From the NCBI GenBank assembly GCA_964016885.1, contig OZ024744.1, positions 109,120,001 through 109,184,000 of the forward strand: DNA of 64,000 nt, in the 5' to 3' direction. The translations under genes and the position numbers were made by a program. The notes beneath the pieces are model-generated. The model did not search any database. It saw nothing but the letters and a program-made list of their open reading frames with translations, and was not told the DNA's origin. The DNA is from Eledone cirrhosa. Lineage: Eukaryota. Of the stretch, positions 60,701 to 64,000 are shown one piece after another (the stretch's first letter is position 1; each line of letters opens with the position of its first letter).

Positions 60701-63080
60701 TTAATCAGAAAAATGACCTTCATGTGGGTAAGACTGTTGAGATCGATGCATCAGTTTCTGCAGTTCCAATCAGCTGGCAGTATTCCGAAAGGAGCAGCCA
60801 TATGTAGAATATGACTTAATTTAGCGTTGGGACCAGTTTGTCAGTGGAGTTTGCATGCATGTGCCATGCCACCACTTTCAGTTGCTAGTAGCAAGTGACT
60901 GTAGCAGTTTACACCTTCTAGTAATGTGTGGCATCACATCAAAGGGAAGATAAGCCAGACATGACCATTTACAAGTACACACGTTGGCAATAAATTCACA
61001 ATGAAAAGATATGATGATTGCCAAAAGTACTCTCTACCAATGTACTTTCAAATAGAAAACAAATACACTATATATATATATATATTTACTTTGTTTTTGT
61101 ATTTATTTTGCAAGATTTCTTATCTGAAAATGTGGGTTGAAACAGATATTGAGATACTTTGGGAGGGCCATGCTGCCAATAAAAACACACACACCTGATG
61201 GATTTAACTTCAATTTATTATAAACTCCCAGTCAGTTAGTTTAATAACTAGATGGTTGTTTAGTTGTTGTTGATTGTCAAAGCCCTTTTGTCATACATTC
61301 TGTGACTTGTTAAGTGATTACTTTTGTTGTTATGTTGTGTCTCTCCTTTGTTCTGTCCTGCGCTATCTAATTTTTGTAAGTTGTGTACTTGGGCCGTGCA
61401 TACATTATGTCCGGGTTTGTCTGTGTTTTTCATTTACTTATACATTTATTTACTTGTCACTAGTTAGTTGCTCATTCTATCTGTGTGTGTCGTGTTTGTT
61501 TTATTAGTTTAGTTCTTGTGTGTTTCTGTATGTCTTTATCTTATCCATAATTATTAGTTGTGAGGTTGCTGCTATTCCACTCATGTTTTCTGTTTAGTTT
61601 TGGTTAGAGTTCATTTATGTTTGTCATTTCTGTAATCTGCGCCCATGTTCCATTCTGGCATGTTGGTGGAGTACTGATGAGTTTTTTCTATCTTGGAGTT
61701 CTCACCAGTTTTCTTTCTACTATGCTAAGGGCTGTCTCACCTATGTATGTAGTCTTCCTATTCCCATTTCTACACTGTCCCTCCATACATCTTATGCCAT
61801 ATACTATGTTCTTTCAATCTATACCTCTACTCTAGTTTCAGCCACACTTAATGCAGCAATTGAGTGCACAGCATCCACTGTTTGTATTTATTATGCAACA
61901 ATGTACAATCGGCGCATGTGACTTCATCAGAGGGTTTCACCTAATCAATAACCAATCGATCGACAGAATTCGATTCCAGTCTGTGTCGGCTATGACAGTA
62001 AGTGTGACAGCCAACACAGTAAAACATTAGCTACTGAAATCCCTACGCGTCATCACAATGCCATCAACCGATTGGTTAGTGTTTTAGAAATTTACGTGAT
62101 GGTAGGAAATGAAATAGTTGATATATACAAACTGATTGTGCTGCAACAGCTGCATGGTTCTGTCTCCTTTTTTCCATCTCAACATGTATTTTATTCCTTG
62201 ACTTATTTAACAATTATTTATAGTTCATCTGCACTGTGGTGGCTTTTCTAAAATAAATATATTTTCATAAACATTTTCAAATAAATAGTTAAATATTTTA
62301 GGACAAGGAGGAGTTTCAGGCACTTTTGCATCAAACAGCTAACAGAAAACTGAAGCCAGATTTGATCAGAATGATATCTAAAGAGTTAAACAAGGAAATA
62401 AATTATGGTGAAATTAGTTGTTGTTTAGCCCAAGGTCTTATGATCATAAAATTATTTTCCTAGATTTTTGCTGGGTTTTTTTTCTGAAAGTGAACTAATT
62501 ATCCAATGTATATCCATTTCAAACATAATGTATCTAAGACTACCTTCTTTGTGTTTTTTTCATTTTTAAGACATTAGGTCAAATTTTAGGGAATTACTCA
62601 TTGTAATGGAGATACATGGTTCAAAAACATTAATAGCACATTTCACTGCAGTAATAGATAAGTGCTCTACATTTGGATTTCTCTCATTTGAGCCTAGCAA
62701 TTGAACTCTTCTGGAAGATCTTGTCTAAGTTTGCCATAAAGCTTCAAAAAAAGCAGCAATCTTCTGAGTTTGGCTGGTGATACAAGGCAGCTGCTTCTGT
62801 TGTAGTAGCCACCTATGGTCTATATAATCTCTTGGAAGACCTCCATTAAAGCATGAATTTAAATACATAGGGGATGTATAGATCAATATAAATGTTATAG
62901 AAACATTTACTATGAGTTGTTGGTGATTGGTTGGTTACTTTTTAGTATATTGGACATAGATAGACATTCAAAAATAAGTAAAAAGATTGGAATGTGTATA
63001 TGTGGTATCGGTATACATTTATTACATTTGCATATGTGTGTGTGTGTGCATGTACACATGTGTATCTATCTATCTCTCTA

Positions 63081-63122
<42 letters not shown>

Positions 63123-63361
63123 CACACACAGACACACATATATATATATATATATATATACATATGTAGATATATATATAGATATAGATATATATATACA
63201 CACACACACACACATATATATATATACACATGAACTAATAATCTTAAGAGACTTGAGATAAACTGTCTTTGGTATTGATTAGAGACTGAATAGCTTGTTG
63301 GCTGGAATATAGGAATATAGTTGATAAGATCCATTACCTAGGCAACCTAACCTGGTAGTGG

Positions 63362-63398
<37 letters not shown>

Positions 63399-64000
63399 CA
63401 CACACATATATGTGTGTGTATGTGTGCACCCATATACACGTGTATGTATAACAAGTAATAGATAACACCATATCGGCAGTTGGAAAGTAGGTGGGTAGAT
63501 GGGGGAGGGGGGTGGGGTATTGGTATGTGGGGGAGGAGGAATTTTGTTTTTGTCTTTGTTTTTGTTTTGTTTGGGGAAAATTGTTCTGGTGGGGTTCTGT
63601 GTGAGTGGGTTTAAAATAATAAGTAAGATAATTTCTGTTACCTTGGTGACGTAATTAGCATTCAAAGGGTTTCGGTGGTGGTGAAGTGGGGTGGGAGTGT
63701 AGAAAGGGAGAAGAGGAGGAGGAGGAGGAACAGTAAACAGGGGCGAGGAGGTGATGGTAGTAGTGTATGCAATGAGTTGACTTAATGAGGGTACACCTCA
63801 CATTATACATACATGATATGGCTGTGTGGTTAAGAGGTTCACTTTGCAACCATGTGCTTCTTGGTTCAGTCCCACTGTGTGAAACCCCGGGGCCAAGTTC
63901 TTTCTACTTTAGCCTTGGCTTGACTAATGTCTTGTGGGTGGTGTTTCATATCATAGACAGAAACTGCAGAAGCCTCATCATCATCATTTTATTTTAGGTC

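Noticed and set aside
61915-61935. tcatcag (CTGATGA on the minus strand)
   Set aside because: No GAAA or helices at suitable spacing.

Overview
AT-rich, repeat-dense eukaryotic DNA. The repeat complement (tRNA-derived Meta-type and CORE-type SINEs, RTE, CR1 and Penelope-like retroelements, long TA/ATG microsatellites) suggests a mollusc, probably an octopus (inference). Only one host exon is recognisable: a 117-nt exon at 40579-40695 (+) encoding the second zinc finger of an estrogen-related receptor (ERR/NR3B) DNA-binding domain, so most of the window is probably giant intron. Almost all ORFs in the supplied track are microsatellite or minisatellite artefacts or transposon fragments. The main signal not shown by the ORF track is a dense set of type I hammerhead ribozyme motifs from several unrelated families: about 9 with an intact or near-intact CUGANGA/GAAA/NUH core, plus several decayed ones. 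They include a tandem two-ribozyme unit of about 308 nt with retrozyme-like architecture about 320 nt upstream of the ERR exon, fold-back palindromes built from hammerhead sequence, and a hammerhead at the 3' end of a Penelope-like element. Most intact ribozymes are antisense to ERR. All structures were folded by eye, and no activity is demonstrated.
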